Assembly: GCA_963762075.1 (NCBI GenBank)
Contig: CAVXJC010000007.1
Location: 65,920-129,919, forward strand
Direction: 5' to 3'
DNA from: an uncultured Actinomycetes bacterium
Lineage (GTDB): Bacteria; Actinomycetota; UBA4738; HRBIN12
DNA length: 64,000 nucleotides
The position numbers and the translations under genes are program-made. Positions within the stretch are counted from its first letter, which is position 1. Each line of letters starts with the position of its first letter. Below the pieces are notes generated by a model that was not told the DNA's origin, ran no database searches, and was given only the letters and a program-made list of their open reading frames with translations. Below are positions 37,657-47,698 of the stretch, one piece after another.

Positions 37657-38315
37657 GGCACGAGCTCCGGCGCCCGCTCCCGCACGACCGCGAGGGCGGC
37701 CTCGAGGGTCTGAGCGGGATCGAGGTCGCTCGTGTCGAGCACGATCGCGCCCCGGGCGGGTTCGTGGGGGTTCGTCCGGGCATCGCGGGCGTCACGTGCC
37801 GCGAGCGCATTCGCGACCTCGCCGACGCTCCTCGTCTCACGCTCCTCGGCACGTCGCTCGGCCCGCAGACGCGAGGGAGCTCGCAGGTAGAGCTTCACGG
37901 GCGCGTCGGCGAAGACTACCGACGCGATGTCTCGACCTTCCATCACCGCACCGTGCGTTTCACCGAGACGTCGTTGTTGGCGGCGCATGTGGGCCCGGAC
38001 GGAGGCATGGCCCGCCACCGCCGAAACCGTCGACTCGACCTCGACGCTCATCAGCTCGTCGAGACCGTAGCCCTCGACCTCGAGCTCGTCCGGCGACCCT
38101 GCCACCAGGTTGAACCTCAATCTCCTCATCGGGCCGAGCACGTTCGGCTCATCACCCGGTTGCACTCCATGGCGCAGGGCCGCTGCGGCGAGCGCTCGAT
38201 ACATCAGGCCGGTGTTCACGTACGGGAGCCCCAATGCGCGCGCAAGGCTCCTCGCGAGCGTGCTCTTGCCGCTGCCGGCCGCCCCGTCGATCGCGACGAC
38301 GCGTGGAGCGTTCAC
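37653..38315 (-). CDS. cmk: cytidylate kinase
   Basis: P-loop AIDGAAGSGKST and Cmk family length. Confidence 0.88.
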   Translation of the reverse strand: MNAPRVVAIDGAAGSGKSTLARSLARALGLPYVNTGLMYRALAAAALRHGVQPGDEPNVLGPMRRLRFNLVAGSPDELEVEGYGLDELMSVEVESTVSAVAGHASVRAHMRRQQRRLGETHGAVMEGRDIASVVFADAPVKLYLRAPSRLRAERRAEERETRSVGEVANALAARDARDARTNPHEPARGAIVLDTSDLDPAQTLEAALAVVRERAPELVP

Positions 38316-39712
38316 GGGCCCCCCAAGGGCTCGACCGATGCCCCGAGCGCGGCAAGCGTCGCGACGAACCCCGGGAAGGACACCGCCGCGCTCTCGATCC
38401 CTTCCAGCTCAACCGGGCCCCGCGCCGCGAGAGCTGCCACCGCGAACGCCATCGCCATCCGATGGTCGTCGTGCGCATCGACGCGACCCCCCACCAGCCC
38501 GCCCCCGGCCACCACCAGATCCTCGCCCTCTGCCGCCGCATGGCCGCCGAGGCCCCGGATCCCCCCAGCGAGACCCTCCAGTCTGTCTGCCTCCTTCACC
38601 CTGAGCTCCCCGGCCTCCAAGAACCACGAATCCGACGCCGCGAACGCTGCGAGCACCGCGAGCACCGGCACCTCGTCGATCACCAGCGGCAGTTCCCCCG
38701 GCTCGACACGTACCGAATGGATGCCGTCGGTGGGCAACACGTGGATGTCACCCACCGGCTCGCCGAGCTCTTCCCGGCGAACGCTCTGCTCGGTGCGCAC
38801 GCCCATGCGGGCCATGACATCGAGGAAGCGGGTTCTCGAGGGATTGAGCCCTACGTCGCTGATCGTGATCTCCGACGCGGTCAGGGCCGCCGCCCCGATG
38901 AGGAACGCCGCAGACGACGGATCGCCGGGCACCGACGCCGAGAAGCCCTCATGCTGGAAGCGGTGCACCGCGACGCGCCCTGGGGTGATCTCGATGGGCG
39001 CTCCCAGCGATCGAAGGGCTCGCTCCGTATGGTCGCGCGTCGCGGCCGATTCGTGGAACTCCGTCGTGCCGTCTGCATCGACGCCCGCCAGGAGCACGGC
39101 GCTCTTGACCTGCGCGCTCGTCACGTCCGGCGCACACCGCACCCCTCGCAGCCCCTTGCCGTCGACGGTGACCGGAGGATGGCCGTCGAGCGTGCCGATG
39201 GAGGCACCCATCGCTCGAAGCGGTGAGGCGACGCGCTCCATCGGGCGGCTCCGCAGGCTTGCGTCGCCCGTCAGCACCGATCGGAACGTCGTCGTCGACA
39301 CGATGCCCATGAGCAGACGCATCGCCGTTCCCGAGTTGCCGCAGTCGAGCTCGGCATCGGGCTGCACGAGCCCCTGACGCCCCTCACCCTCGACCTCAAG
39401 GACCCTCGAGGCGCCCGTTCTGGACGCACTCTCAACCATCGGGTTCCACGTGGAACGATGAACCTCGGCGGTGACACGATCGTTCGCTGCCCATGCGTTG
39501 AGTGCAGGTCGACCCTTGATCGTCAGAGAAGCGAGGCAGGCAGCCGTCGAGCGAACATCGAGAGAGGCCGGAACCTCGAGGAGACTGCTACGCCCCTGCG
39601 CGGTGGCGGCCAGCATCAGCCATCGGTGCGCGATCGATTTGTCGCCCGGCACGCGAGTCGTTCCGTGCAACCTTCCACCGGGAGTGATCAGAGCCCGCAT
39701 CGCCGTGCTCAA
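38312..39712 (-). CDS. aroA: 3-phosphoshikimate 1-carboxyvinyltransferase (EPSP synthase)
   Basis: PGDKSIAHR, LDCGNSGTAMRLL and KEADRLEG motifs. Confidence 0.88.
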   Translation of the reverse strand: MSTAMRALITPGGRLHGTTRVPGDKSIAHRWLMLAATAQGRSSLLEVPASLDVRSTAACLASLTIKGRPALNAWAANDRVTAEVHRSTWNPMVESASRTGASRVLEVEGEGRQGLVQPDAELDCGNSGTAMRLLMGIVSTTTFRSVLTGDASLRSRPMERVASPLRAMGASIGTLDGHPPVTVDGKGLRGVRCAPDVTSAQVKSAVLLAGVDADGTTEFHESAATRDHTERALRSLGAPIEITPGRVAVHRFQHEGFSASVPGDPSSAAFLIGAAALTASEITISDVGLNPSRTRFLDVMARMGVRTEQSVRREELGEPVGDIHVLPTDGIHSVRVEPGELPLVIDEVPVLAVLAAFAASDSWFLEAGELRVKEADRLEGLAGGIRGLGGHAAAEGEDLVVAGGGLVGGRVDAHDDHRMAMAFAVAALAARGPVELEGIESAAVSFPGFVATLAALGASVEPLGGP

Positions 39713-40803
39713 GCGAGCCTGATCGGGTCGAGACCGACGGCGCCGAGCACGGAGCTCGCTCGTTCAGCGGAGTCGACCGCTACGGTGAGATGCACCGTGC
39801 CGCGCCCTCCCTCGGGCGAGTGCACGATCTGGAGGTCCTCGATGTTCACCTCGCCCGTGCCGAGCACGGCGGTGAGATGAGCGAGCGCTCCGGGCCGGTC
39901 GGGAACCTCGATCTGCAGCACGGCCACTCCCGCTCGCACTGTCGGCTTGGCGGCGAGCCGTAGACGCGCCTGTTTCGCGCTGGCGAACGTCGCTTCGACG
40001 TCGTCAGCCTGCTCCCCGACGATCTCGTCGCGCAGTCGGGTCAAGCGCTCTGTGTATAGGTCGATGGCCTCCGCGATCGCCGCCCTGTTCGCCAGCAAGA
40101 TGTTGCTCCAGAGCTCAGGGTTCGACGCCGCGAGGCGGGTAAGGTCGCGGAACCCGCCCGCAGCCAACAGCAGGATCTCAGGCTCGTCGGCTTCCTCGGT
40201 GGCGGCCAGGCTCATCAGGGCGGTCGACGCGACCTGCGGAAGGTGACTCACGAACGCCACGAGCCGATCGTGACGCATCGGGTCGAGCCGCACCGGTCGG
40301 GCCCCTAAGGAAGCGACCCATGCCTCGAGGGTGTCGACCGCCGCCGGGTCGCTCGCATCGTGCGGGGTGATCGCCCACACGATGCCGTCGACCACCGAGG
40401 GCGACGCGTGCTCGGGGCCCGATCGCTCGCTTCCCCCCATAGGGTGGCCGGGCACGAAACGCGCGACATCGCTCGTCGGCGTCATCTCGATCGCCTCACG
40501 CACGAGGGCAGTCTTCACGCTGCCGACATCGGTCACCACCGCCCCCGGTGACGACGCGAGGCACGCGGCGACGAGGCTCGCGATGATGGGGATCGGGGTC
40601 GCGACCACCACGATGTCGGCATCCTCGACCGCTTCGCCGAGCGAGGCTGCGGGCCGGGACGCTGCGATCTCCGCTGCACGCCTGCCGACGGCTTCATCGG
40701 CGTCCCATGACGAGACCATCGAGCCGGTTCGAGCGGCAGCGAGCGCGATCGACGTGCCGATGAGGCCGGTGCCGACGACGGCAACGTGCTCTGTGGTGGT
40801 CAT
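39709..40803 (-). CDS. tyrA: prephenate dehydrogenase with C-terminal ACT domain
   Basis: Rossmann VAVVGTGLIGTSIA plus PDH domain plus ACT. Confidence 0.85.
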   Translation of the reverse strand: MTTTEHVAVVGTGLIGTSIALAAARTGSMVSSWDADEAVGRRAAEIAASRPAASLGEAVEDADIVVVATPIPIIASLVAACLASSPGAVVTDVGSVKTALVREAIEMTPTSDVARFVPGHPMGGSERSGPEHASPSVVDGIVWAITPHDASDPAAVDTLEAWVASLGARPVRLDPMRHDRLVAFVSHLPQVASTALMSLAATEEADEPEILLLAAGGFRDLTRLAASNPELWSNILLANRAAIAEAIDLYTERLTRLRDEIVGEQADDVEATFASAKQARLRLAAKPTVRAGVAVLQIEVPDRPGALAHLTAVLGTGEVNIEDLQIVHSPEGGRGTVHLTVAVDSAERASSVLGAVGLDPIRLA

Positions 40804-41171
40804 GTCAGGTCATCACGCAGCGACTCGGCACCGTCGAGGTACACGGCTTCCATCTCGTTCTGTGATCGATCCGTGTGCAGGTGCATGAGCACGCGAACCA
40901 CGAGCGGCATCGAACCTGCCACGGGGATCTCTCGCGCACACATCAGGGGCACGAGGCCGAGACCCATGCGCCGCGCCGCTTCGGCGGGGAAGACCGAGGA
41001 GATGTCGTCGGTGACGGTGAACAGCATGCTGATCAGATCGTCGCCGGTCGCTTCGTTGCGCTCGAGCATCGCGTCGACCAAGCGCTCGGTGGCGGCGAGC
41101 ACGCAGGGGGACGTGTCCTCGGCCACCTTGATGGCCCCTCGAGCCGCGCGAACCGTCATGTCAGTCTCCAT
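40800..41171 (-). CDS. aroH: chorismate mutase, AroH class
   Basis: RAARGAIKVAEDT…FTVTDDI…REIPVAGSMPLVVRVLMH matches monofunctional AroH. Confidence 0.85.
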   Translation of the reverse strand: METDMTVRAARGAIKVAEDTSPCVLAATERLVDAMLERNEATGDDLISMLFTVTDDISSVFPAEAARRMGLGLVPLMCAREIPVAGSMPLVVRVLMHLHTDRSQNEMEAVYLDGAESLRDDLT

Positions 41172-41205
41172 CGAGATCCCGCCGGTCGGCGGGCCGGACC
41201 ACAGG

Positions 41206-41932
41206 CTACCGTTCGGCTGCGGCCGCGGCGGCGAGCGCTTGGATCTCGTCGCGCGGGAGGGGACGCCATTCGCCCGGCGCGAGGCCGCCGAGCACGATCG
41301 GCCCGACCCGAAGTCTGACGAGCCGCGTGACCGGGAGCCCGACCTCGGCCAGCAACCGGCGCACCTCGCGCTTGCGCCCCTCGGTCATGACCAGTCGCAC
41401 CGCTCCCCGTCCTTGCGAGGACGCCACGATGCGGGCGCGCACGGCCCGGGCAGGACCGTCATCGAGCTCGACTCCGGTTCGGATGCGGGCGAGCTGCTTG
41501 GCCGTCGGGGGATGACCGACTTCCGCGAGATACTCCTTCTCCACCCCATGTCTCGGGTGCATCAGCCGGTTGGCGAGCTCACCGTCGTTCGTGAGCAGCA
41601 GCAGACCTTCGGAATCGCGATCGAGGCGACCAACGGGGAACACACGGGGCCCCTCGGGTGGCAGATAGCGCGTGATGTCGGGCCGTCCCTGCGGGTCACG
41701 CATCGTGGTGATGACCCCGGCAGGCTTGTGCAGCGCGAAGTAGCGCACGCTCGGGTCGAGGTTGACCTCGAGACCGTCGACCTGCACCCTCGACACGCCA
41801 GGCTCCGCCTTGTCGCCGAGCGTGGCCACCGCGCCATCGAGGGTCACTCTTCCGTCGACGATGAGCTCCTCGCATGATCGCCGCGAGCCGAACCCCGCCC
41901 GCGCGAGCGCTTTCTGCAAGCGCTCCTCGACC
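41206..41932 (-). CDS. rluB: pseudouridine synthase (RsuA/RluB family) with S4 domain
   Basis: S4 (…LQKALARAGFGSRRSCEELIVDGRV…) plus catalytic HKPAGVITT…GRLDRDSEGLLLLTNDG. Start set at the GTG at 41932; the raw ORF has an R-rich upstream extension overlapping scpB. Confidence 0.8.
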
Positions 41933-41942
41933 ACGGGGGGCC

Positions 41943-42584
41943 TCAATCCTCCGGGGACGGCTCGCCGGGGTCGTCGTCGGCCACTGCCCCCGCCAGGGCG
42001 TCGTCGGGTGCGGGATCGAGCAGCGGTGCGAGCGACGGCAGGGAGGCCAGGGACGCCAAGCCAAGCCGTTCGAGGAATCCTGGAGTGGTGGCATAGAGCA
42101 CCGGACGCCCCGGCGCCTCGTCGCGTCCGGCTTCCTCGATCAAGCCGCGATCGGTGAGGGCTCGAAGCACGCCGTCGGAGTTCACACCTCGGATGCCGCT
42201 GACCTGATGCCTCGTGACCGGCTGCTTGTACGCCACGATCGAGAGCGTCTCGAGCGATGCCTTGGTGAGCCGAGCCTGGCGCGACGAAAGCACGAACTGC
42301 TCGACGAGCGGGGCCGTCTCGGGATGGGTGTACACCCGCCATCCGCCAGCCACGTTGCGAAGGACGAGCCCCGAGCCGCGATCTTCCATCTCCGCCTGTA
42401 GCCGGTCGCAGAGCGCCTCGATGCCTCGACGGTCCATATCGAGGGCCTGGGCGAGCACCGACGCGGTCAACGGCTCGTCGGAGACGAAGAACAGCGCCTC
42501 GAGTACGCGAGCGGCGTGGGCATCGGCCTCACTCGTGCCCGTGTCTGCTGCGCCGAGCTCCGGGGTCCCCTCTCGATCGCTCAT
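41943..42584 (-). CDS. scpB: segregation and condensation protein B
   Basis: Winged-helix ScpB motifs (LEALFFVSDEPL…SLETLSIVAYKQPVTR). The start at 42584 (MSDREG) is preferred over 42659. Confidence 0.82.
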   Translation of the reverse strand: MSDREGTPELGAADTGTSEADAHAARVLEALFFVSDEPLTASVLAQALDMDRRGIEALCDRLQAEMEDRGSGLVLRNVAGGWRVYTHPETAPLVEQFVLSSRQARLTKASLETLSIVAYKQPVTRHQVSGIRGVNSDGVLRALTDRGLIEEAGRDEAPGRPVLYATTPGFLERLGLASLASLPSLAPLLDPAPDDALAGAVADDDPGEPSPED

Positions 42585-42591
42585 CGTCTCC

Positions 42592-43332
42592 TCAGCCTGT
42601 CCACTCGACCTCGATGTCCCCGAACGTCTTCGCTTGAGCAAGCTCGACCTTTCCTTCACGGTACAGCTCGAGGATCGCCAGGAACCGTACGACGACGTGT
42701 ATCCGCTCGTCGCAGTCGGCCACGAGGTCGCGGAAGGTCGCGCCGTGACCGAAGCTCGAGATCCGCTCCTCCAGAGTCGTCATGGCTTCGACGACCGTGT
42801 AGCGAACGGGGGTCACATGTGACAGATCGAGGGTCGGTGGGAGTCGCAGCAGGGTCGCGGCCAACGTCGCGAGCTGTTCGGGTCGCAGGCTCGCCATGGG
42901 ATCGGGGTAGAGGTGGGCCAGTTCGGGACCGGGACCGACGTCTCGCGAGAAGTACCCCGCCTCGTCCTCGAGCCTGCGAGCGATCTCGACCGCCACCTTG
43001 CGGAACGCCGCGAGCTCGATCGAGCGGGCGTACGCGAGGTCGGGAGACCCTCCCAGCAGGTCGTCGTCGTCGAGCTCCGTGTGCTTCGGGGTCAGGCGCG
43101 AGACCTTGAGCTCGAGCAGCACGGAGCAGATCGCCAGGAACCACGTGGCTTCCTCGAGGCTCCATGCGTCGGCATGTTTGCTGTGCTCGAGGTAGCGATC
43201 GGTCACCGACGCCACCGCGATGTCGCAGACATCGACCTTCTGCTCCAGGATCAGCTCTGCGAGCAGACGGAACGGCCCGGCGAACACCGGTAGCTCGACC
43301 GCGAACTCGCGTGTCGGGGGTTGTGCGCTCAC
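42592..43332 (-). CDS. scpA: segregation and condensation protein A
   Basis: ScpA/kleisin (…FAGPFRLLAELILEQKVDVCDI…). The GTG start at 43332 overlaps the trpS stop as GTGA. Confidence 0.82.
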   Translation of the reverse strand: MSAQPPTREFAVELPVFAGPFRLLAELILEQKVDVCDIAVASVTDRYLEHSKHADAWSLEEATWFLAICSVLLELKVSRLTPKHTELDDDDLLGGSPDLAYARSIELAAFRKVAVEIARRLEDEAGYFSRDVGPGPELAHLYPDPMASLRPEQLATLAATLLRLPPTLDLSHVTPVRYTVVEAMTTLEERISSFGHGATFRDLVADCDERIHVVVRFLAILELYREGKVELAQAKTFGDIEVEWTG

Positions 43333-44318
43333 GACAGATGCATCGCCTCTCGAACCGCATCGAGGGTGGCCCGCGCAACTGGCCTCGCCTTCTCGGCGCC
43401 CTCGGCGAGCACCTTCTCGACGAGCCCGTGCTCTTCGGCGAGCTGGGCCCGGCGTTCCCGATAGGGGCGGAACCGCTCGATGAGATGGTCGGCCAAGATC
43501 GTCTTGCAGTCGACGCACCCCAGCTCGCCCGAGCGGCAGCCCTGCTCGATCTCATCGAGCCGATCAGGGGAGAACTTGCGATGCAAGGCGAAGATCGGGC
43601 AGATCTCCGGGCGGCCCGGATCGCCCCGGCGCACCTTCTGCGGGTCGGTCACGAACGAGCGCACGCTCGCCCGGATCGCGTCGTCGTCGTCGCGCACCCA
43701 GATCGCGTTGTCGAGCGACTTCGACATCTTCCTGCCGTCGGATCCGGGGATCAGCGGCGTCTCGGACAACAACGGCTGCGGCTCGACGAGCACCTCACCG
43801 TAGAGCCGGTTGAAGCGGCGCACGATCTCGCGACTGATCTCGAGGTGCGCGACCTGATCCTCCCCCACCGGCACGAGCTCGCCTCCCATGATCGCGATGT
43901 CGACCGTCTGCAGCACCGGGTAGCCGAGCAGTCCGAAGTTTGCGATGTCGCGCTCTGCGTGATCTCGGAGCCGCTCCTTGAACGACGGCACCCGCTCGAG
44001 CCAGCCGAGCGGCGTGATCATGCCGAGCAACAGGGTCATCTCGGCCACCTCGGCGATGTCGGATTGGCGGTAGACCGTGGCTCGGTCGGGATCGATCCCC
44101 GCGGCGAGCCAATCGAGCGTCAGCTCTCGCGTGAACCCGGGAAGCTCGTCGGTGCGGTCGTAATGCGTCGTCAGCATGTGCCAATCGGCGATGAAGAAGA
44201 AGCAGTCACGTGTGCGGTCGGCCTGCAGGGCGAGCATGTTCTCGATGTTGCCGGCCCAGTGTCCGACGTGGAGCGGCCCTGTCGGGCGATAGCCGGTGAG
44301 CACGCGTGAAAGCGTGAC
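43329..44318 (-). CDS. trpS: tryptophan--tRNA ligase
   Basis: Class Ic aaRS with TGYRPTGPLHVGHWAGNI (HIGH) and KMSKS. Start approximate; the raw ORF extends to 44408. Confidence 0.85.
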   Translation of the reverse strand, partial: VTLSRVLTGYRPTGPLHVGHWAGNIENMLALQADRTRDCFFFIADWHMLTTHYDRTDELPGFTRELTLDWLAAGIDPDRATVYRQSDIAEVAEMTLLLGMITPLGWLERVPSFKERLRDHAERDIANFGLLGYPVLQTVDIAIMGGELVPVGEDQVAHLEISREIVRRFNRLYGEVLVEPQPLLSETPLIPGSDGRKMSKSLDNAIWVRDDDDAIRASVRSFVTDPQKVRRGDPGRPEICPIFALHRKFSPDRLDEIEQGCRSGELGCVDCKTILADHLIERFRPYRERRAQLAEEHGLVEKVLAEGAEKARPVARATLDAVREAMHLS

Positions 44319-44416
44319 AGGAAGCGTCGAGGAGGCCGCGGACTGGTCGATGCCGCGATGATAACGCGGGCCGGTGAACCACCCCGGGAGATCGGGTGCC
44401 GAACCCAACCAGACAC

Positions 44417-45094
44417 TCAGACGCCGGGGAACTGCATCGCCCCCTGGCAGTCCAGATCGGTCGCCGCATCACAGATGGCGCCGGCCAGGGTCGTCAGGAA
44501 CCCGAGGATGAGCGTCGAGAAGACGAAGAGCGCCACCAGCACGAACAAGGGCAGGTACTTGTCGGCGTTGCGATACACCTCGCGAGGGTGTGGGGGCAAC
44601 AGCAGCCCGACGATCCGCGCCCCGTCGAGCCCGGGGATCGGCAGCAGATGGAAGACGACCAGGGCCGCATTCGTGAACGCGAACACGACGGCCGCCCGGT
44701 ACACCTCGAGGGGAAGCCCCCCGATCCGCACCACCAGGCCCCCGAGGAAGGCGAACACGAGGTTCGTGATCGGACCGGCGACGGAGACCAGCACGAGGTC
44801 GCGGGTTCGCCGCAGGTAGCTCGGGTCGACCGGCGCAGGCTTCGCGTACGCGGCCGGGATCACGAGCACCTGCACGGACCACAGGATCGCGATCAGCGCC
44901 GGCACGAGACCGCTGCCGAACGACTCGAACCACGCCTTCGGGTTGAGGGTCAGGCGGCCCCACAGCCGCGGGGTCGGATCGTGTAGCTTCGCCGCGGTCC
45001 ATGCCCGGGCGAACTCCCGCGCCGCCAGCCCGATCGCGAGCGAGACGAGCATGAACAGCGCGAGGCGGAACCCGAGCCAGGTGAAGTTGCCCAT
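44417..45094 (-). CDS. site-2 protease (peptidase M50)-like membrane protein with degenerate HExxH
   Basis: Polytopic protein with the hallmark LLPIPGLDGARIV motif. The position of HExxH reads AREFARAW. Confidence 0.65.
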   Translation of the reverse strand: MGNFTWLGFRLALFMLVSLAIGLAAREFARAWTAAKLHDPTPRLWGRLTLNPKAWFESFGSGLVPALIAILWSVQVLVIPAAYAKPAPVDPSYLRRTRDLVLVSVAGPITNLVFAFLGGLVVRIGGLPLEVYRAAVVFAFTNAALVVFHLLPIPGLDGARIVGLLLPPHPREVYRNADKYLPLFVLVALFVFSTLILGFLTTLAGAICDAATDLDCQGAMQFPGV

Positions 45095-45106
45095 GCAGTC
45101 GTCTCC

Positions 45107-46462
45107 TCACTCGAGCCAGGTGTGCACGAGGGGCGGGGGGTCGGCCTTCCCGTCGCGCAGCACGATCGCATCGAGCACACGACGGGCCGCCTCACGGGCG
45201 CCGCCGTCATCTCGCGCGTGCACCTCTCCGATCGGCTCCCCCGCATCGAGCACGTCACCGATCTTGCAGCGCACCACGATACCCACTGCCGGGTCGATCG
45301 CGTCGCCCTTACGCGCGCGGCCGGCCCCGAGCGCCCCGCTCGCGAGCCCGATCTCCTCGGTCGCCATGCCCGCGACTGTGCCGGCCCGATCCGCCTCGAT
45401 CGGCGTCACGACGGGCGCCGCGGGCAACACCCCACCCGGGTCGTCGACGACTCTCGGATCGCCTCCCTGGGCTTCGATCATGGCGCGGAATCGATCGAGC
45501 GCGGAGCCGTCGTCGAGAGCGCGTTCGGCCTCGGCCGTCGCACCGTCGAGATCGCGCCCCGTCGTCACCGAGGCGGCCCGCGCCGCGAACGCGACCGCGA
45601 GCTCGCGCAGCCGGCCGCGGTGTTCGCCCCGGAGCACCGCGATGGCCTCGGCGACGTCGAGGGCGTTGCCGATCGCGTCGCCGAGGGGCTGGCTCATGTC
45701 GGTCACCGCGATCCTCGCCGCTCGCTCCCAGCCCTGCGCGAGCTGCAGACATGCTCGCGCCAGGGTCTGAGCATCCCGGGTCGTCTTCATGAACGCGCCC
45801 GAGCCGGCCTTCACGTCGAGGACGATGAGATCGGTCTCGACCGCCAGCTTCTTGGACATCACGCTGGCAGCGATGAGCGGGATCGAGGGAACGGTTGCAG
45901 TCGCATCGCGCAGCGCGTAGAGCGCCCCGTCGGCCGGGACCAGCCGGGGCGACTGGGCGCCGACCGCGCACCCCACCTCGGCGACCTGACGCCGCATCCG
46001 GTCGGGATCGAGGTCGGTCTCCAGGCCCGGGATCGACTCGAGCTTGTCGAGGGTTCCACCCGTGTGCCCGAGACCGCGGCCGGAGAGCTTGGCGACCGCC
46101 ATCCCGAGCGAGGCCGCGATCGGGGCGAACACCAGCGTCACGCCGTCGGCGACCCCTCCCGTGGAGTGCTTGTCGACCGTGGGCCGTTCGAGCCCCTCGA
46201 ACGCCACGGTGTCACCCGAGGCGATCAGCGACCGGGTCAGCGCGATCGTCTCTTCAGTGTCCATGCCTCGGAGCAGGCACGCCATGAGGAACGCGGCCAT
46301 GAGTGCGTCGCTGACGTCACCGGTGGTGTAACCCTCGACGAAGGCCTGGACCTCATGGTCACCGAGGGCATGTCCGTCGCGCTTTGCGGCCACGACCGCA
46401 CGTGGATCCGTCACTGTCACTGGTGCATCTCCCCTACATTCGAGTGACGCCCGAGGTGACAT
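45107..46462 (-). CDS. deoA: thymidine/pyrimidine-nucleoside phosphorylase
   Basis: Glycosyltransferase family 3 (…VDKHSTGGVADGVTLVFAPIAA…SGRGLGHTGGTLDKLES…). Confidence 0.85.
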   Translation of the reverse strand: MSPRASLECRGDAPVTVTDPRAVVAAKRDGHALGDHEVQAFVEGYTTGDVSDALMAAFLMACLLRGMDTEETIALTRSLIASGDTVAFEGLERPTVDKHSTGGVADGVTLVFAPIAASLGMAVAKLSGRGLGHTGGTLDKLESIPGLETDLDPDRMRRQVAEVGCAVGAQSPRLVPADGALYALRDATATVPSIPLIAASVMSKKLAVETDLIVLDVKAGSGAFMKTTRDAQTLARACLQLAQGWERAARIAVTDMSQPLGDAIGNALDVAEAIAVLRGEHRGRLRELAVAFAARAASVTTGRDLDGATAEAERALDDGSALDRFRAMIEAQGGDPRVVDDPGGVLPAAPVVTPIEADRAGTVAGMATEEIGLASGALGAGRARKGDAIDPAVGIVVRCKIGDVLDAGEPIGEVHARDDGGAREAARRVLDAIVLRDGKADPPPLVHTWLE

Positions 46463-46486
46463 TCGACTGGAGCAAGCATCACCCGG

Positions 46487-47698
46487 TCAACGGAATCCCA
46501 ACCGGTCGATGAAAGATTCACCGTGTAAACCCTCGACGTCAACGTGAAGCAGAGCAGCCACCGTATGCCCCAGATCACCGAACCCATGCCTCACGCCGAT
46601 CTCGCGCGGCGCATCTTCGGCGAGGCCCGCGACCAACAGCGGAGTGCGTTCTCGGGAATGGTCGGTGGGAGGGGTCGTGGGATCGCAGCCGTGGTCACCG
46701 GTGATCAGCATCACCCCCCCTTCGAGAGCGTCAACAAGCTCGGGCAGGCGACGGTCGAAGGCCTGCACGGCTCGCGCATAGCCCTCGGGGTCGTTGCGAT
46801 GGCCGTACTTCGAGTCGAAATCGACGAGGTTCGAGAACACGAAGACAGGCCCGGGACGCCGGAGATATTCGAGCGTCAGGTCGATACCGTGATCGTTCGA
46901 ATCCGAATAGACGGCCTCGGTGATCCCGCGGCCGTCGAAGATGTCCTTGATCTTGCCCACGCCGCACACCGTTACGCCCCCCTCCTGCAGCGCATCGAGG
47001 ACGGTGGGGCCGGGGGGAGGAACCGAGAGATCTCGCCGCTCGGGACTCCGAACGAACGCGCCGGGCTCACCTTCGAACGGCCGTGCGATCACACGCCCGA
47101 CCCTGTGGGGGTCCACGAGCAGACCGCGTGCGATCCGGCACCACGCGTACAGCTGCTCGAGCGGCACCACGCTCTTGTGGCATGCGACCTGGAACACAGA
47201 GTCTCCGCTCGTGTACACGATCGGCCTGCCGGTCGCGATATGTTCCTCGCCGAGGTCGGCGATGATCTCGGTGCCTGATGCCGGCTCGTTGCCGAGGATC
47301 GGCCTGCCGATCGCGCGCTCGAACGGCTCCACGATCTCCGGTGGAAACCCATGGGGGTACACGGGGAACGGTTCGGCGAGGATGATTCCCATCATCTCCC
47401 AGTGACCCGTCGTGGTGTCCTTGCCCGCCGATCGCTCGACCGCCCATCCGTGAGCGGTGCCCGCCTCGGCGCTGCGCTTCACCCCCTCGATCTCGCTCAG
47501 CAACCCGAGGCCGAGCCCTTCGAGCGCGGGCACGTGCAGTCCCCCTACGGCGGCGGCGGTGTTCCCGAGCGTGTTCGAGCCTTCGTCACCGTATCGTGCG
47601 GCGTCGGGAGCACCCCCGACACCCCATGAATCGCAGACGACGACGAGCACCCTCGGCACGAGCCGGCCGACCGAACCCCCCTCGAGCGACTCGCTCAC
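46487..47698 (-). CDS. deoB: phosphopentomutase
   Basis: Metalloenzyme superfamily (VVVCDSWGVG…ITGDHGCDPT…). The GTG at 47698 overlaps the DksA-like stop as GTGA. Confidence 0.85.
   Translation of the reverse strand: MSESLEGGSVGRLVPRVLVVVCDSWGVGGAPDAARYGDEGSNTLGNTAAAVGGLHVPALEGLGLGLLSEIEGVKRSAEAGTAHGWAVERSAGKDTTTGHWEMMGIILAEPFPVYPHGFPPEIVEPFERAIGRPILGNEPASGTEIIADLGEEHIATGRPIVYTSGDSVFQVACHKSVVPLEQLYAWCRIARGLLVDPHRVGRVIARPFEGEPGAFVRSPERRDLSVPPPGPTVLDALQEGGVTVCGVGKIKDIFDGRGITEAVYSDSNDHGIDLTLEYLRRPGPVFVFSNLVDFDSKYGHRNDPEGYARAVQAFDRRLPELVDALEGGVMLITGDHGCDPTTPPTDHSRERTPLLVAGLAEDAPREIGVRHGFGDLGHTVAALLHVDVEGLHGESFIDRLGFR

Noticed and set aside
36136-37713. 525-aa plus-strand ORF
   Set aside because: Antisense to der (EngA).
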